The notes under the pieces were generated by a model that was not told where the DNA came from, did no database searches, and worked only from the letters and a program-made list of their open reading frames with translations. A stretch of 64,000 nt of DNA. Origin: Hydrogenophilales bacterium (GTDB taxonomy: Bacteria; Pseudomonadota; Gammaproteobacteria; Burkholderiales; Thiobacillaceae). Positions 1-13,302 of the stretch are shown piece after piece. A program made the translations under genes and the position numbers. Each line of letters begins with the position of its first letter. The stretch's first letter is position 1. The stretch spans positions 17,404 to 81,403 of the forward strand of contig JBBIJC010000002.1 of NCBI GenBank assembly GCA_037446165.1, read 5' to 3'.

Positions 1-167
1 TGGCTGCCATGAGGCAACTTGGACAACATGGGCTTGGCCAGCAAGGCGTAGAGCTTGTTGGCAAACGGAAACAGGCAAAAAAACAGGACAGCCCAGGCAA
101 TCACAGCGCGCAGAAGGCGATCGCGTAGTTCCAGCAAATGGGCGATAAAGGTTGGTGCTGAATCCAT
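1..167 (-). CDS. tatC: Tat translocase subunit TatC, N-terminal fragment (gene runs off the left edge)
   Basis: Own minus-strand translation from ATG at 167..165: MDSAPTFIAHLLELRDRLLRAVIAWAVLFFCLFPFANKLYALLAKPMLSKLPHGS. This is the TatC-type N-terminus (HLxELRxRL). It starts 3 nt after the tatB stop. It is truncated, so it is absent from the ORF track. Confidence 0.85.
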   Translation of the reverse strand, partial: MDSAPTFIAHLLELRDRLLRAVIAWAVLFFCLFPFANKLYALLAKPMLSKLPHGS

Positions 168-170
168 CGC

Positions 171-554
171 TCAGGATGCCTTGTGTTCCGGGCCCACAGG
201 CTCGCTGGATGGGACTGCAGTACTGGCGGGTGCGTTCGGGTCGGCCGTGATCTCGTCGGTGACCGCCTGCACAGCCTTATGCATATCGCCGGCCTCCTGC
301 TTGATCTGCTGCGAAGTTTCCTCCGCGATGATTTCGTATTTCTGGACCGAATCCTTCATCGACTGCTGTGCGGCGCGCAATTCTTCCAGGTGCATTTCAC
401 GATTGATATCGGCCTTGATCTGCGCCGCATAGCGATTGAGCCGGCCAATCCAGGCGCCTGCCGTCCGTGCCACTTTGGGCAAACGTTCCGGCCCGATGAC
501 AATCAACGCGACAACGCCGATCAGCAGGAGTTCGGAGAATCCGATGCCAAACAT
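171..554 (-). CDS. tatB: Tat translocase subunit TatB
   Basis: 127 aa. N-terminus [30 protein letters not shown] is a TatA/B-family TM helix plus amphipathic helix, followed by a long polar tail. Lies between tatA and tatC. Confidence 0.9.
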   Translation of the reverse strand: MFGIGFSELLLIGVVALIVIGPERLPKVARTAGAWIGRLNRYAAQIKADINREMHLEELRAAQQSMKDSVQKYEIIAEETSQQIKQEAGDMHKAVQAVTDEITADPNAPASTAVPSSEPVGPEHKAS

Positions 555-638
555 CAGGTGGGTGGAGGCTTAATGGTTCGCGGTCAGGGTCGGGGCATGC
601 CTACCGCAACAGGCATGAAGGCGATGCCCCGCTCGGGC

Positions 639-866
639 TCAGCTGTGCTGCTTCTCCCGAACTTCACCCTCGATGGTGCTGCCTGAGGCCGCTTCCTGTT
701 TGGGCAATTCGGTCGGTTTGTTCTGCTCTTCCTTCATGGAGTCCTTGAACCCCTTCACTGCACCACCCAGGTCAGAGCCAATATTACGCAGCTTCTTGGT
801 GCCAAAAATCAGCAGCACAATCAGCAGGATCAACAACAAGTGCGATGGTGCGAATAAATCACCCAT
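639..866 (-). CDS. tatA: Tat translocase subunit TatA
   Basis: 75 aa. [32 protein letters not shown] is the typical TatA TM helix and hinge. Confidence 0.93.
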   Translation of the reverse strand: MGDLFAPSHLLLILLIVLLIFGTKKLRNIGSDLGGAVKGFKDSMKEEQNKPTELPKQEAASGSTIEGEVREKQHS

Positions 867-889
867 TTCTGTCTCCTCGTTTCAATGCG

Positions 890-1225
890 TTAAACATGCT
901 GAAGCTTACCACCGCCCAGCACATGGACATGCAGGTGCATGACCACTTGACCGCCCCCAACACCCGTGTTGATCACGGTTTTGAAACCGTCGGACAAATC
1001 CTGCTCGCGGGCCAGCTTCGGCGCCAGCAGGAGTATCTTGCCCAGGACAGCCCGGTGTGACTCGTCGCATGAATCCAGGCTGCTCACGTGCCGTTTGGGG
1101 ATGATCATGAAGTGAACCGGTGCAGCCGGGTGGATGTCATGGAAGGCCAGGACCTCATCATCCTCGTATATCTTCCTCGACGGAATCTCGCCCGCCACAA
1201 TCTTGCAGAATAGGCATTCGGTCAT
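890..1225 (-). CDS. HIT-family nucleotide hydrolase (HinT-like)
   Basis: 111 aa. CLFCKI N-terminus and histidine triad [13 protein letters not shown] overlap with the hisE stop. Confidence 0.9.
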   Translation of the reverse strand: MTECLFCKIVAGEIPSRKIYEDDEVLAFHDIHPAAPVHFMIIPKRHVSSLDSCDESHRAVLGKILLLAPKLAREQDLSDGFKTVINTGVGGGQVVMHLHVHVLGGGKLQHV

Positions 1226-1548
1226 GGATTCTCCTTGCGGCCCGCCTTCTCGACCAGGCCGGACAAGCCTTCGCGACGGGCCAGTTCGTTGAGCACATCC
1301 TCTGGGCGGATGCCTTGCTGGGCCAGCAGGATCAGGGAATGGAACCAGAGATCGGCGGTTTCATAAATGATCTTGTCCCGTTCCCCATCCTTGGCCGCCA
1401 TTATGGTCTCGGCCGCCTCTTCCGCCACCTTTTTCAGAATGGCATCCAGTCCCTTGAGATAGAGCTTGGCCACGTATGAAGTCTGGGGATCAGCCTGCTT
1501 GCGTGCCTCCAGGGTATCCGCCAGGCGGGAGAGGATGTCGTTGCTCAT
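1222..1548 (-). CDS. hisE: Phosphoribosyl-ATP pyrophosphatase
   Basis: 108-aa internal start [30 protein letters not shown] within ORF 1222..2112. ATGA overlap with the hisI stop at 1545..1548. The longer upstream extension overlaps hisI out of frame and was rejected. Confidence 0.9.
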   Translation of the reverse strand: MSNDILSRLADTLEARKQADPQTSYVAKLYLKGLDAILKKVAEEAAETIMAAKDGERDKIIYETADLWFHSLILLAQQGIRPEDVLNELARREGLSGLVEKAGRKENP

Positions 1549-1934
1549 TTCTTGTAAATCTCGTGCGGGTCTTTCAGCACCGGCTCGACGGCCTGCCACT
1601 GATCGCCTTCCAGCTTCTGGAAGAAACAACTCTTCCGCCCGGTATGGCAGGCGATGCCGCCGACCTGCTCGACCTTGAGCAGGATCACATCCTCGTCGCA
1701 GTCGGTGCGTATCTCCAGCACCTTCTGGATATGGCCGGACTCCTCGCCCTTGTGCCAGAGCTTCTTGCGGGATCGGGACCAATAAACCGCCTCGCCAAGA
1801 TCGGAGGTCTTCTTGAGCGCATCGCGGTTCATCCAGGCAACCATGAGGATCTGGCCATTGCTTGCATCCTGGGCGATGGCCGGCACCAGGCCATCCTCGG
1901 ACCAGTTGATCTTGTTCAGCCAGGCCTCGCTCAC
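1545..1934 (-). CDS. hisI: Phosphoribosyl-AMP cyclohydrolase
   Basis: 129 aa. LVPAIAQD...ILMVAWMN...YWSRSR..LW.KGE.SG motifs typical of HisI. Lies in the his cluster. Confidence 0.93.
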   Translation of the reverse strand: MSEAWLNKINWSEDGLVPAIAQDASNGQILMVAWMNRDALKKTSDLGEAVYWSRSRKKLWHKGEESGHIQKVLEIRTDCDEDVILLKVEQVGGIACHTGRKSCFFQKLEGDQWQAVEPVLKDPHEIYKK

Positions 1935-2701
1935 AGGCGCACCTCGATGCCCTGTTCGGCCATGGCACGCTTCGCCTGCTCCACGGTGTATTCGCCGAAA
2001 TGAAAGATGCTGGCGGCCAGCACGGCATCCGCGCCGCCCTTGACGACCCCGTCGGCCAGATGCTGCAGATTGCCGACACCACCGCTGGCAATGATCGGAA
2101 TATCGAGCGCATCGGAAAAGGCGCGGGTCAGGTTGAGGTCAAAGCCGATCTTGGCGCCGTCACGGTCCATGCTGGTGAGCAGGATTTCACCCGCGCCCAG
2201 TTCCTGCATTTTGCGGCCCCATTCCACGGCATCCAGCCCAGTCGCCTTGCGCCCGCCATGGGTGAAAACTTCCCACTTCGGATTCGCGCCCCAGACGGTC
2301 TGCTTGGCATCGATGGCCACCACGATGCACTGCGAGCCGAAGCGATCCGAACAATCCTTGACCAGTTGCGGATTGGTCACGGCCGAAGTGTTGATGGAAA
2401 CCTTGTCGGCACCGGCATTCAGGAGGCGCAGAACGTCACCAGGCTGCCGCACGCCGCCGCCCACCGTCAGGGGGATGAAGACCTGAGCCGCCACGTCTTC
2501 AATGATGTGCAGGATCAGGTCCCGATCGTCGGAACTGGCCGTGATATCGAGAAAGGTCAACTCGTCGGCGCCCTGCTCATCATAGCGACGGGCAATCTCG
2601 ACCGGGTCGCCGGCATCGCGCAGGTTGACGAAATTGACCCCTTTCACCACCCGACCGGCGGTGACATCAAGACAGGGGATGATGCGCTTGGCCAGCCCCA
2701 T
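1931..2701 (-). CDS. hisF: Imidazole glycerol phosphate synthase, cyclase subunit
   Basis: Internal start [13 protein letters not shown] at 2701 (residue 39 of ORF 1931..2815). TGATG junction with the hisA stop. Motifs RIIPCLDV and GGGV. Confidence 0.93.
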   Translation of the reverse strand: MGLAKRIIPCLDVTAGRVVKGVNFVNLRDAGDPVEIARRYDEQGADELTFLDITASSDDRDLILHIIEDVAAQVFIPLTVGGGVRQPGDVLRLLNAGADKVSINTSAVTNPQLVKDCSDRFGSQCIVVAIDAKQTVWGANPKWEVFTHGGRKATGLDAVEWGRKMQELGAGEILLTSMDRDGAKIGFDLNLTRAFSDALDIPIIASGGVGNLQHLADGVVKGGADAVLAASIFHFGEYTVEQAKRAMAEQGIEVRL

Positions 2702-3444
2702 CAGGGTTTGCCGAGCTCGTCGGCCAGTTTCTGTGCGGCCACGAAGTCCAGCGTGCCTTCGTAGATGGCCCGACCGGTGATGGCGCCCATGATACCCTCG
2801 CCCTCCACCGCGCACAGATTGCGGATGTCATCCAGATTGGTGATGCCGCCGCTGGCGATGACCGGAATGGTCAGGGCCTGGGCCAGCTTGACCGTGGCTT
2901 CGATGTTGACGCCGGAGAGCATGCCGTCGCGACCGATGTCGGTGTAGACCACGGCCTCGACGCCGTAACCCTCGAACCGCTTGGCCAGGTCGACCACTTC
3001 ATGATGGGTGACCTTGGACCAGCCGTCGACCGCCACCATGCCATCCTTGGCGTCCAGACCAACGATGATGTGGCCGGGGAAGGCATTGCAGGCATCGTGC
3101 AGGAAACCTGGATTCTTGACCGCCGCGCTGCCAATGATCACGTAGCGGATGCCGTCGTCGAGATAGCGTTCGATGGTATCCAGATCGCGAATGCCGCCGC
3201 CCAACTGGACCGGGATTTCCTCGCCGACGGCATCAGTGATCGCCTTGATCGCCGATTCGTTGATCGGCTTGCCGGCAAAGGCGCCGTTCAGGTCAACCAG
3301 GTGCAGGCGTCGGGCGCCGCTATCCACCCACCTGCGGGCCATCGCGGCCGGGTCTTCGGAAAATATCGTGGCGCTGTCCATCTCGCCTTGGCGCAGACGG
3401 ACACAGTGACCATCCTTGAGGTCGATAGCCGGGATTATGAGCAT
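2701..3444 (-). CDS. hisA: ProFAR isomerase
   Basis: 247 aa. [18 protein letters not shown]-terminus typical of HisA. Confidence 0.93.
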   Translation of the reverse strand: MLIIPAIDLKDGHCVRLRQGEMDSATIFSEDPAAMARRWVDSGARRLHLVDLNGAFAGKPINESAIKAITDAVGEEIPVQLGGGIRDLDTIERYLDDGIRYVIIGSAAVKNPGFLHDACNAFPGHIIVGLDAKDGMVAVDGWSKVTHHEVVDLAKRFEGYGVEAVVYTDIGRDGMLSGVNIEATVKLAQALTIPVIASGGITNLDDIRNLCAVEGEGIMGAITGRAIYEGTLDFVAAQKLADELGKP

Positions 3445-3461
3445 TGCTGAACTCTCGGTGA

Positions 3462-4112
3462 TTAAGCAGGTTTACCGTTCCAGGAGACGAAGTTGGCCAG
3501 CAGGCGCAAACCCGCCGACGCACTTTTTTCAGGGTGAAACTGTACCGCGAAAACATTGTCGCGCGCGCAGGCGCAGACAAATTCTGAGGGATAGTCGGCA
3601 TAGCCAGCCGCCAGATCGGGCTGCTCCGGAACCACGAAATAACTGTGCACGAAATAGAACCGGGCGCCGTCTTCGATCCCGGTCCAAAGCGGATGCGGCC
3701 TCGGCTGGCGGACGTTGTTCCAGCCCATGTGCGGCACCTTCAGGCGATTGCCCTTGGCATCTACCATCTTGTCCTGGGCAAAGCGTCTGACCTGGCCGCG
3801 GAAGATGCCGAGACAAGGCGTGTCGCCTTCATCGCTGTGGTCGAACAGCACCTGGAGGCCCATGCAGATACCCAGAAAAGGCTTCTCCCGGGCGGAGCGG
3901 ATAATCACCTCGCGCAAGCCGCGAGCATCGATTTCGCGCATGCAGTCGGGTGCGGCGCCCTGACCAGGGAAGACCACCCGGCCTGCATCCAGGATGGTCT
4001 GTGCATCGCCAGTCACCACAACGGTAGCGTCACTGGCGACATGCTCCAGCGCCTTGGCCACCGAATGCAGATTGCCCATGCCGTAATCGACCACGGCGAT
4101 ATCGACCGCCAT
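3462..4112 (-). CDS. hisH: Imidazole glycerol phosphate synthase, glutamine amidotransferase subunit
   Basis: 216 aa. [12 protein letters not shown], catalytic GICMGLQ, FVHSY. Confidence 0.93.
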   Translation of the reverse strand: MAVDIAVVDYGMGNLHSVAKALEHVASDATVVVTGDAQTILDAGRVVFPGQGAAPDCMREIDARGLREVIIRSAREKPFLGICMGLQVLFDHSDEGDTPCLGIFRGQVRRFAQDKMVDAKGNRLKVPHMGWNNVRQPRPHPLWTGIEDGARFYFVHSYFVVPEQPDLAAGYADYPSEFVCACARDNVFAVQFHPEKSASAGLRLLANFVSWNGKPA

Positions 4113-4699
4113 TACAGGGCGCCCTTGGTGGAAGGCAGGATGTCGCCCATGCGCGGATCGAACTCCAGCGCCATGCGCAAGGCTCGACCGAAGGCCTTGA
4201 ACACCGTCTCGGCCTGGTGGTGGGCATTGATGCCGCGCAGTCCGTCGATGTGCAGGGTGGCCCCGGCATGATTGACAAAGCCCTGGAAGAATTCCCGGAA
4301 CAGGTCGACATCGAACTCGCCAATGCGGGCGCGGGTGAAATCGAGGTGGTATTCGAGACCGGGACGGCCGGACAGGTCGATCACGACCCGGGACAAGGCC
4401 TCGTCCAGCGGCACATAGGCATGGCCGTAGCGACGAATGCCCTTCTTGTCGCCCAGGGCCTTGGCAAAGGCCTGGCCCAGGGTAATCCCGATGTCCTCGA
4501 CCGTGTGATGATCGTCGATATGACGGTCGCCCTCGGCCCGGATTTCAAGGTCGATCAGGCCATGCCGCGCCACCTGGTCCAGCATGTGGTCGAGAAAACC
4601 GACGCCGGTCTGGAGTTTGGAAACGCCCGTGCCATCCAGGTCGAGATTGACGATGATTCGGGTTTCGAGGGTATCGCGGGAGACTTCGGATTTCCGCAT
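4112..4699 (-). CDS. hisB: Imidazoleglycerol-phosphate dehydratase
   Basis: 195 aa. RDTLETRI..., [18 protein letters not shown] motifs. Confidence 0.93.
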   Translation of the reverse strand: MRKSEVSRDTLETRIIVNLDLDGTGVSKLQTGVGFLDHMLDQVARHGLIDLEIRAEGDRHIDDHHTVEDIGITLGQAFAKALGDKKGIRRYGHAYVPLDEALSRVVIDLSGRPGLEYHLDFTRARIGEFDVDLFREFFQGFVNHAGATLHIDGLRGINAHHQAETVFKAFGRALRMALEFDPRMGDILPSTKGAL

Positions 4700-4789
4700 G
4701 GGAGTCAGCTTGTATGTAATGCAAACGGGCTATTGTGACGGTCATGATACCATTCCCTCGCCGCTTTGTTTCTACTCTGACTATCTACC

Positions 4790-5851
4790 ATGAGCCGTTT
4801 CTGGAGCACCCTGGTTCACGAGCTGACGCCCTACGTGCCGGGCGAACAGCCCAAGCTCGCCAACCTGATCAAACTCAACACCAACGAGAACCCCTACGGC
4901 CCATCGCCCAGAGTGCTGGAAGCCTTGCGCAACGAGGTCGGCGACAGCCTGCGCCTGTACCCGGATCCCAACGCCGACCGGCTCAAGGCGGCCATAGCCG
5001 AATTCAACGGCATTTCGCCTGACCAGGTGTTCGTCGGCAACGGTTCCGACGAGGTGCTGGCCCATGTCTTCCAGGCCCTGCTCAAGCACGACCAGCCCAT
5101 CCTGTTCCCGGACATCACCTACAGTTTCTATCCGGTCTATTGCGGTTTGTACGGCGTCGCGCACGAGACCGTGCCGCTCACTGACGATTTTGCAATCGAC
5201 GTGGCTGATTACGCCCGACCCAACGGCGGCATCATCTTCCCCAATCCCAACGCCCCCACCGGTCGCCAACTGCCACTGAGCGAGATCGAGCGCCTGCTGA
5301 GCGCACATCCGGATTCGGTAGTCGTTGTGGATGAGGCCTATGTTGATTTCGGCGGCGAAAGCGCGGTGTGTCTGATCGACCGCCATCCCAACCTGCTGGT
5401 GGTCCAGACCCTGTCCAAATCCCGCTCACTGGCCGGCCTGCGGGTCGGTTTCGCGATGGGTGACGCCAGCCTTATCGAAGCCCTGGAACGGGTAAAAAAC
5501 AGCTTCAACTCCTATCCGCTGGACCGCTTGGCCATCGTCGGCGCCACCGCAGCCATGGAAGACCGCGCCCACTTCGATCAAACCCGGCAGGCCGTCATCC
5601 GCAGCCGTGACGGGCTGACGGTTGAATTGAAACGGCTGGGTTTCCAGGTCTTGCCCTCCACGGCCAATTTCCTTTTTGCCCGGCATAAAGACCGTGATGC
5701 CAGCGACCTGGCCTTGGCCCTGAGGGCGCGCAGCATCATCGTGCGGCATTTCAAGCTGCCCCGGATCGAGCAGTTCCTGCGCATCACGGTGGGAACCGAT
5801 GCGCAGTGTCAGGCGCTGGTGGATGCACTTGGCGAACTTCTGAAACCATAA
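4790..5851 (+). CDS. hisC: Histidinol-phosphate aminotransferase
   Basis: 353 aa. [22 protein letters not shown]...[15 protein letters not shown]-lysine region [13 protein letters not shown]. On the opposite strand to all other his genes. Confidence 0.92.
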   Translation: MSRFWSTLVHELTPYVPGEQPKLANLIKLNTNENPYGPSPRVLEALRNEVGDSLRLYPDPNADRLKAAIAEFNGISPDQVFVGNGSDEVLAHVFQALLKHDQPILFPDITYSFYPVYCGLYGVAHETVPLTDDFAIDVADYARPNGGIIFPNPNAPTGRQLPLSEIERLLSAHPDSVVVVDEAYVDFGGESAVCLIDRHPNLLVVQTLSKSRSLAGLRVGFAMGDASLIEALERVKNSFNSYPLDRLAIVGATAAMEDRAHFDQTRQAVIRSRDGLTVELKRLGFQVLPSTANFLFARHKDRDASDLALALRARSIIVRHFKLPRIEQFLRITVGTDAQCQALVDALGELLKP

Positions 5852-5874
5852 AAAAGGCCAGGAAATTCCTGGCC
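5850..5874 (-). terminator. Intrinsic terminator oriented for hisD (stem GGCCAGG/CCTGGCC followed by T6 on the minus strand)
   Basis: Plus strand reads AAAAAAGGCCAGGAAATTCCTGGCC. On the minus strand the hairpin is followed by TTTTTT. It sits in the 46-nt convergent spacer between hisC and hisD. Confidence 0.7.
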
Positions 5875-5897
5875 TGGGTCAACCGTACGACAATCCG

Positions 5898-7196
5898 TCA
5901 CCCTTCGATTCTGTACTCCGCCGACCGGGCGTGGGCCTGCAGACCTTCGCCATAGGCCAAAGCCGCAGCAATCTCGCCCAGGGTCCTGGCACCGGCCTGG
6001 GAAACGTGGATCAGGCTGGAGCGCTTCTGGAAGTCATACACGCCCAACGGCGAGGAGAAGCGTGCGGTGCGCGAGGTGGGCAGCACGTGGTTGGGGCCGG
6101 CGCAGTAGTCGCCCAGCGCCTCGCAGGTATTGCGGCCCATGAAGATGGCACCGGCGTGGCGGATCCTGGGCAGCATGGCATCCGGGTCTTCGACCGACAA
6201 TTCCAGGTGCTCAGGCGCGATGACGTTGGCGATCTCGGCGGCTTCATCGAGGTCACGACACTTGATCAGACCACCACGATTGGTGATGGAGGTGTTGATC
6301 ACGTCGATGCGCGGCATGGTCGGCATCAGTTTGGCGATGCTGGCCTGGACCGCGTCCAGGAAGGCCGCGTCGGGCGAGATCAGGATGGACTGGGCCAGCT
6401 CGTCATGCTCGGCCTGGGAGAACAGGTCCATGGCGATCCAGTCCGGGTTGGTCTTGCCGTCGCAGATGATCAGGATCTCGGATGGTCCGGCGATCATGTC
6501 GATGCCGACGATGCCGAATACCCGGCGCTTGGCTTCGGCCACATAGGCGTTGCCCGGGCCGACGATCTTGTCGACCTGGGGCACGGTATCAGTGCCATAG
6601 GCCAGCGCGCCAACCGCCTGCGCGCCGCCGATGGTGAACACCCGGTCGACGCCGGACACCGCTGCCGCGGCGAGCACCAGTTCGTTCAGCACGCCGTCCG
6701 GGGTCGGCACCACCATGACCAGTTCCTTCACGCCGGCCACCTTGGCCGGCACCGCGTTCATCAACACCGACGAAGGATAGGCCGCCTTGCCGCCGGGCAC
6801 ATAGAGGCCAACCCGGTCCAGCGCCGTGACCTGCTGGCCCAGCACCGTGCCGTCAGCCTCGGTGTAGGTCCAGGAAGACATGAGCTGTTTTTCGTGATAG
6901 ATGCGCACCCGTTCGGCCGCTGCGCGCAGGGCCCTTTCCAGTTGCAGCGGCAATCCTTCGAGCGCCGTCGCAAGACGCGCTTTGGGCAGTTCCAGCGCGG
7001 CCATGCTGTCGGCCTTGAGCCGGTCGAATCGGGCGGTATATTCCAGCACGGCGGCGTCACCGCGGGTGCGCACGCCGGTCAGGATTTCATCGACCGCATT
7101 GGACACGTTCTTGTCGGTCTCGGACGAAAAACTGAGTAGCTGTTTGAGGGCAGACTGGAAGTCTGGCTGACTGGAATCGAGGCGGGTTATGGTCAT
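5898..7196 (-). CDS. hisD: Histidinol dehydrogenase
   Basis: 432 aa. Contains [10 protein letters not shown] and [13 protein letters not shown], as in HisD. Confidence 0.94.
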   Translation of the reverse strand: MTITRLDSSQPDFQSALKQLLSFSSETDKNVSNAVDEILTGVRTRGDAAVLEYTARFDRLKADSMAALELPKARLATALEGLPLQLERALRAAAERVRIYHEKQLMSSWTYTEADGTVLGQQVTALDRVGLYVPGGKAAYPSSVLMNAVPAKVAGVKELVMVVPTPDGVLNELVLAAAAVSGVDRVFTIGGAQAVGALAYGTDTVPQVDKIVGPGNAYVAEAKRRVFGIVGIDMIAGPSEILIICDGKTNPDWIAMDLFSQAEHDELAQSILISPDAAFLDAVQASIAKLMPTMPRIDVINTSITNRGGLIKCRDLDEAAEIANVIAPEHLELSVEDPDAMLPRIRHAGAIFMGRNTCEALGDYCAGPNHVLPTSRTARFSSPLGVYDFQKRSSLIHVSQAGARTLGEIAAALAYGEGLQAHARSAEYRIEG

Positions 7197-7242
7197 GATG
7201 GAGCCGGATGCAATATCTAAAGAAGCATTATAGACCTGACGA

Positions 7243-9387
<2,145 letters not shown>

Positions 9388-9405
9388 GTTGTTCTGCTTG
9401 AAAAA

Positions 9406-10161
9406 TCAACTGCGCAGTTTATAGCCGCTACGGATAAGCTGCAAAGGAATCCAGGACAGGACCAGCGCCACAGGAAGGACAACCGCCAGTGATAACCAGG
9501 GATCGACGTCGGAGACGCCATGAAAACCATAGCGAAAACCATCAATCATGAAAAACACCGGGTTGTAGTGTGAAACAGCTTGCCAGAAGGGTGGTAGCGC
9601 ATGGATCGAATAGAACACCCCGGATAGGAAAGTCAGCGGCATGATGATGAAATTCTGAACCCCCGCGATGTGATCGTATTTATCGGCCCAGATGCCGGCA
9701 ACGATGCCTAGCGCAGAAAACGCCGTGCCCGCCAACAGGGCAAAGACCAGGACCCAGACCGGGTGCGCAATATCGAGTTTGGTAAACAGCAACCCGACCA
9801 GGAGCACGCCCAAGCCGACCACCAGTCCGCGCACGATGGAGGCAATCAGATAGGCCGCGAAAAACTCGAAATTGGAGATCGGCGGCAGCAGGACGAACAC
9901 GATGTTGCCGTTTTGCTTGGACTGGATCAGGCTGGAGGAGCCATTGGCGAAGGCATTCTGGAGTAGCGACATCATGATCAGGCCGGGCATCAGGAAGGCG
10001 GTATAGCTGACCCCGGGATAGACCTGGACATGCTCCTTCAACACGCTGGCGAAGATCAGCAGATACAGCAACGCGGTCAGCACCGGCGCCATCACGGTCT
10101 GCAGCAGCACCTTCCAGAAACGCAGGATTTCCTTGTACAGCAGGGTCTGAAAACCGTACAT
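9406..10161 (-). CDS. ABC-2 type transporter permease
   Basis: 251 aa with about 6 hydrophobic segments. Directly follows an ABC ATPase gene. Confidence 0.85.
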   Translation of the reverse strand: MYGFQTLLYKEILRFWKVLLQTVMAPVLTALLYLLIFASVLKEHVQVYPGVSYTAFLMPGLIMMSLLQNAFANGSSSLIQSKQNGNIVFVLLPPISNFEFFAAYLIASIVRGLVVGLGVLLVGLLFTKLDIAHPVWVLVFALLAGTAFSALGIVAGIWADKYDHIAGVQNFIIMPLTFLSGVFYSIHALPPFWQAVSHYNPVFFMIDGFRYGFHGVSDVDPWLSLAVVLPVALVLSWIPLQLIRSGYKLRS

Positions 10162-10166
10162 GTCGC

Positions 10167-11069
10167 CTAGCCCCCCTGCCCTGTCAGCTTGAGGAAGACA
10201 TCCTCCAGGTCCGCCTGGAGGAGCTGCATTTCCTCGATCCGGATGCCGGCCTGACGCAACTCGGCCAATGTACCTTCCAGTTGGCCATATTCCGGCAGCG
10301 ACAAGACGAATCGATCACCACGCTGTTCAAGCAGCCGGCCCGACAGGGACCCGGGCAAGTGAGCCGGGTTCAGCCTCAGTTCCAGGCGCCGATCCTGATC
10401 GGCATGGAGCAGGTTGGCCGTGCGATCCAGGGCCACCACACGCCCTTCCTTGAGCATGGCCACGCGCTCGCACAGGGTTTCTGCCTCGTCCAGATAATGC
10501 GTGGTCAGCAGGATGGTATGACCCTCGCGGTTGAGCCGCCGAATGAATGCCCAGAGGGATTGCCGCAGCCCCACATCGACGCCCGCCGTAGGCTCGTCAA
10601 GCACGATGACCGGCGGCTTGTGGACCAGGGCCTGGGCGACCAGCAGACGCCGCTTCATGCCGCCGGACAGGGTCCGGGTATAGGTGTGCGCCTTATCGGT
10701 CAGGCCCAGGTTTTCGAGCAGTTCGTCGACCCAGGCGTCGTTGCGGCGCAGGCCGAAGTAACCGGACTGGAATTGCAGCATTTCCCGGACCGTGAAGAAG
10801 GCATCGTAGACCAGCTCCTGCGGGACCACGCCGAGACTGCGCCTGGCATCCCGGTATTGCCGGGCCACATCGAAGCCCATGACTTCGGCCGTTCCGCCGG
10901 TGGGCCTGGCCAGACCAGCCAGCAGGCTGATCAAGGTGGTCTTGCCCGCGCCATTGGGGCCGAGCAAGGCAAAGAACTCGCCCTGTTCCACGTCCAGGTC
11001 AACGCCGCGCAGGGCATGAACGCCGCGATAGCGCTTGTCCAAAGCGCGCAGACGGATTGCAGGGACCAT
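10167..11069 (-). CDS. ABC transporter ATP-binding protein (partner of the ABC-2 permease)
   Basis: 300 aa. Walker A GPNGAGKTT, signature LSGGMKRRL, Walker B VIVLDEPT. Confidence 0.9.
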   Translation of the reverse strand: MVPAIRLRALDKRYRGVHALRGVDLDVEQGEFFALLGPNGAGKTTLISLLAGLARPTGGTAEVMGFDVARQYRDARRSLGVVPQELVYDAFFTVREMLQFQSGYFGLRRNDAWVDELLENLGLTDKAHTYTRTLSGGMKRRLLVAQALVHKPPVIVLDEPTAGVDVGLRQSLWAFIRRLNREGHTILLTTHYLDEAETLCERVAMLKEGRVVALDRTANLLHADQDRRLELRLNPAHLPGSLSGRLLEQRGDRFVLSLPEYGQLEGTLAELRQAGIRIEEMQLLQADLEDVFLKLTGQGG

Positions 11070-11347
11070 CAGGCGAGGTTGACCAGTTCGGCCACGCCGT
11101 AGAGCTTGGCCAGACTCAGCAGACTTGCAGGGGTATTTCTGAATTCGAGGCTGCGGCCCTGAGCCAGCGCCGAGCGGCGCCAGTTCATGAACAGGCTGAG
11201 CGCAGCCGAATCGACCTTTCCCAGGCCGGACAGATCGAACTGGGTCACGCCCTCGGCCAGCAGCTGTTCGCCTTCCGCCCTGACCCGCATCGCCTGCTCC
11301 AGCGTCAGGTCACCTTCTGGATAGGCGACGCCCATTTCAGCCCGCAT
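11069..11347 (-). CDS. mlaB: STAS-domain protein (MlaB-like)
   Basis: 92 aa. Follows mlaC. The pattern FDLSGLGKVDSAALSLF is STAS/anti-sigma-antagonist-like. Confidence 0.7.
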   Translation of the reverse strand: MRAEMGVAYPEGDLTLEQAMRVRAEGEQLLAEGVTQFDLSGLGKVDSAALSLFMNWRRSALAQGRSLEFRNTPASLLSLAKLYGVAELVNLA

Positions 11348-11352
11348 GGTTA

Positions 11353-11967
11353 TTAATTGCTCAGCTGCTTGTTCCGCCGCACCATGGCCTGGATCAGGCC
11401 GTCGATGCCTGACCGGCGCACCTCGGAATTGAACCCGCTGCGGTTGGTGGTCACCAGGCTGACGCTATCGACCAGAACGTCATAGACCTTCCAGGTGGAG
11501 TCCATCTTTTCCATCCGGTAATCGATCGAAATCGGAGGCGAACCCGGCCGGGTGACAACGGTATTGACGATGACATCGGTATCGCCAGGCGACATCCTCA
11601 AGGGCTGAAATTCGATCTTGTAATCGGAGACGCTGGAAATGGAGGCAGCATAGGTGTGCACCAGCATGGTCTGGAACTCCTTGACCAGTTGTGCCTGCTG
11701 ATCAGGCGTTGCCAGATTCCAGTTACGCGCCACCGCCAGCTTGGTCATCTTCTGAAAATCGAAATGCGGCAGGATTTTGGTTTGCACCAGGGCATCGACC
11801 TTCTGGGACTGGCCCCTCTTGATATCCGGATCCTGCTTGACGATGCGAACCACCTCGTTGGTGGTATTGCGGGCCAGCACATCAGGCGCGATTTCAGCAC
11901 GGGCTGACATTGATAATGACAATGCCAGACAAACTGACAGATAAATCCAGATTCGTTTCATGTTCAT
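11353..11967 (-). CDS. mlaC: Phospholipid-binding periplasmic protein MlaC
   Basis: Signal peptide MNMKRIWIYLSVCLALSLSMSARA. The start is at 11967 or 11961. The longer ORF-track extension to 12081 overlaps mlaD and was rejected. Confidence 0.85.
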   Translation of the reverse strand: MNMKRIWIYLSVCLALSLSMSARAEIAPDVLARNTTNEVVRIVKQDPDIKRGQSQKVDALVQTKILPHFDFQKMTKLAVARNWNLATPDQQAQLVKEFQTMLVHTYAASISSVSDYKIEFQPLRMSPGDTDVIVNTVVTRPGSPPISIDYRMEKMDSTWKVYDVLVDSVSLVTTNRSGFNSEVRRSGIDGLIQAMVRRNKQLSN

Positions 11968-12034
11968 GCCACCTTTAATGGGTTTCAGTTGCAGTAATGT
12001 TGGGGTTGCCAGCGCAAGCGTCAAGATGCCATTC

Positions 12035-12523
12035 CTACTTGGCCGGTGTGGTCGACTTGTTGCCATCACCGGTTTTGCCATAGAGGAACTGGCCGATCAG
12101 GTTTTCAAGCACCACGGCGCCCTGAGTGATCTTCAGGGTGTCGCCCTGGGCCAGCATCTTTTCTTCGGCGCCGGCTTCCAAGGCCACGTATTGTTCGCCA
12201 AGCAGGCCGGAGGTCATGATTGCCGCGCTACTGTCGGTCGGGAATTTATAGGCGGAATTGATGTTCAGCACCACCTCGGCCTCGTAGTTCTTGGTGCTGA
12301 ACCGGATCTGCCCAACCCGGCCCACGACCACGCCCGCGCTTTTTACCGGGGCACGTACTTTCAGTCCGCCGATATTGTCGAATCGGGCGGTCACTGAATA
12401 GGTCTTGCTGGCATCGAAAGACCCGATATTGCCCACCTTCAGCGCCAGGAACACCAGCGCGCCGATGCCCGCCAACACAAATAAACCAACCCACAAATCC
12501 AGGGTAGTCCGCCCCATTTTCAA
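12035..12523 (-). CDS. mlaD: MCE-domain protein MlaD
   Basis: 162 aa. N-terminal TM anchor followed by MCE-like [25 protein letters not shown]. Confidence 0.9.
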   Translation of the reverse strand: MKMGRTTLDLWVGLFVLAGIGALVFLALKVGNIGSFDASKTYSVTARFDNIGGLKVRAPVKSAGVVVGRVGQIRFSTKNYEAEVVLNINSAYKFPTDSSAAIMTSGLLGEQYVALEAGAEEKMLAQGDTLKITQGAVVLENLIGQFLYGKTGDGNKSTTPAK

Positions 12524-13302
12524 ACTCCACGGAACATGAATGCTGTCAACACGAAATCCAGGGCCAGGATGGCCAGACTGGATGTCACCACGGTTCGGGT
12601 CGTCGCCCTCGATACACCTTCCGCTGTAGGCGGGGCATCATAGCCTTCGAACAGGGCAATGACTGTCACCGCTACACCGAATACCACGCTCTTGATCACC
12701 CCGTTCAGGATGTCTTCGCGAAAGTCGACCGCCGCCTGCATCTGCGACCAGAAGGAACCATCGTCTACGCCGATCAGGACGACCCCGACCAGATAGCCGC
12801 CAAAGATACCCATGGCAGAGAACATCGCTGCAAGCAGGGGCATGGAAATGACGGCACCCCAGAACCGGGGGGCCACCACGCGGGCGATCGGGTCCACCGC
12901 CATCATCTCCATCGCCGCGATCTGCTCCGTGGCCTTCATCAGACCGATCTCGGCCGTGATCGCCGATCCGGCCCGGCTGGCGAACAGCAGCGCCGCCACG
13001 ACTGGTCCCAGTTCCCGTACCAGGGACAAGGCAACCAGGATGCCCAGGGCCTCCTCGGAGCCATAGGTCTGCAGGGTTTCATAGCCCTGCAAGCCGAGCA
13101 CCATGCCGACAAACAGACCAGACACCACAATGATGATGAGCGACAGGACGCCGGCGGAAAAAATCTCGCGCATCACCAGTTGCGGGCGGCGCAGACAGAT
13201 TCCGGAGTGCAGCAAGGTCAACCCGAAAAACCGGACCGCCACCCCCATGCGCCAGACGCCATCGATGGTCCGCCGGCCAAGACTGCGCACACTGTCAAGC
13301 AT
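12520..13302 (-). CDS. mlaE: ABC permease MlaE
   Basis: Internal start [12 protein letters not shown] at 13302 (260 aa), with an 8-nt overlap of the mlaF stop. Polytopic membrane protein. Confidence 0.88.
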   Translation of the reverse strand: MLDSVRSLGRRTIDGVWRMGVAVRFFGLTLLHSGICLRRPQLVMREIFSAGVLSLIIIVVSGLFVGMVLGLQGYETLQTYGSEEALGILVALSLVRELGPVVAALLFASRAGSAITAEIGLMKATEQIAAMEMMAVDPIARVVAPRFWGAVISMPLLAAMFSAMGIFGGYLVGVVLIGVDDGSFWSQMQAAVDFREDILNGVIKSVVFGVAVTVIALFEGYDAPPTAEGVSRATTRTVVTSSLAILALDFVLTAFMFRGV

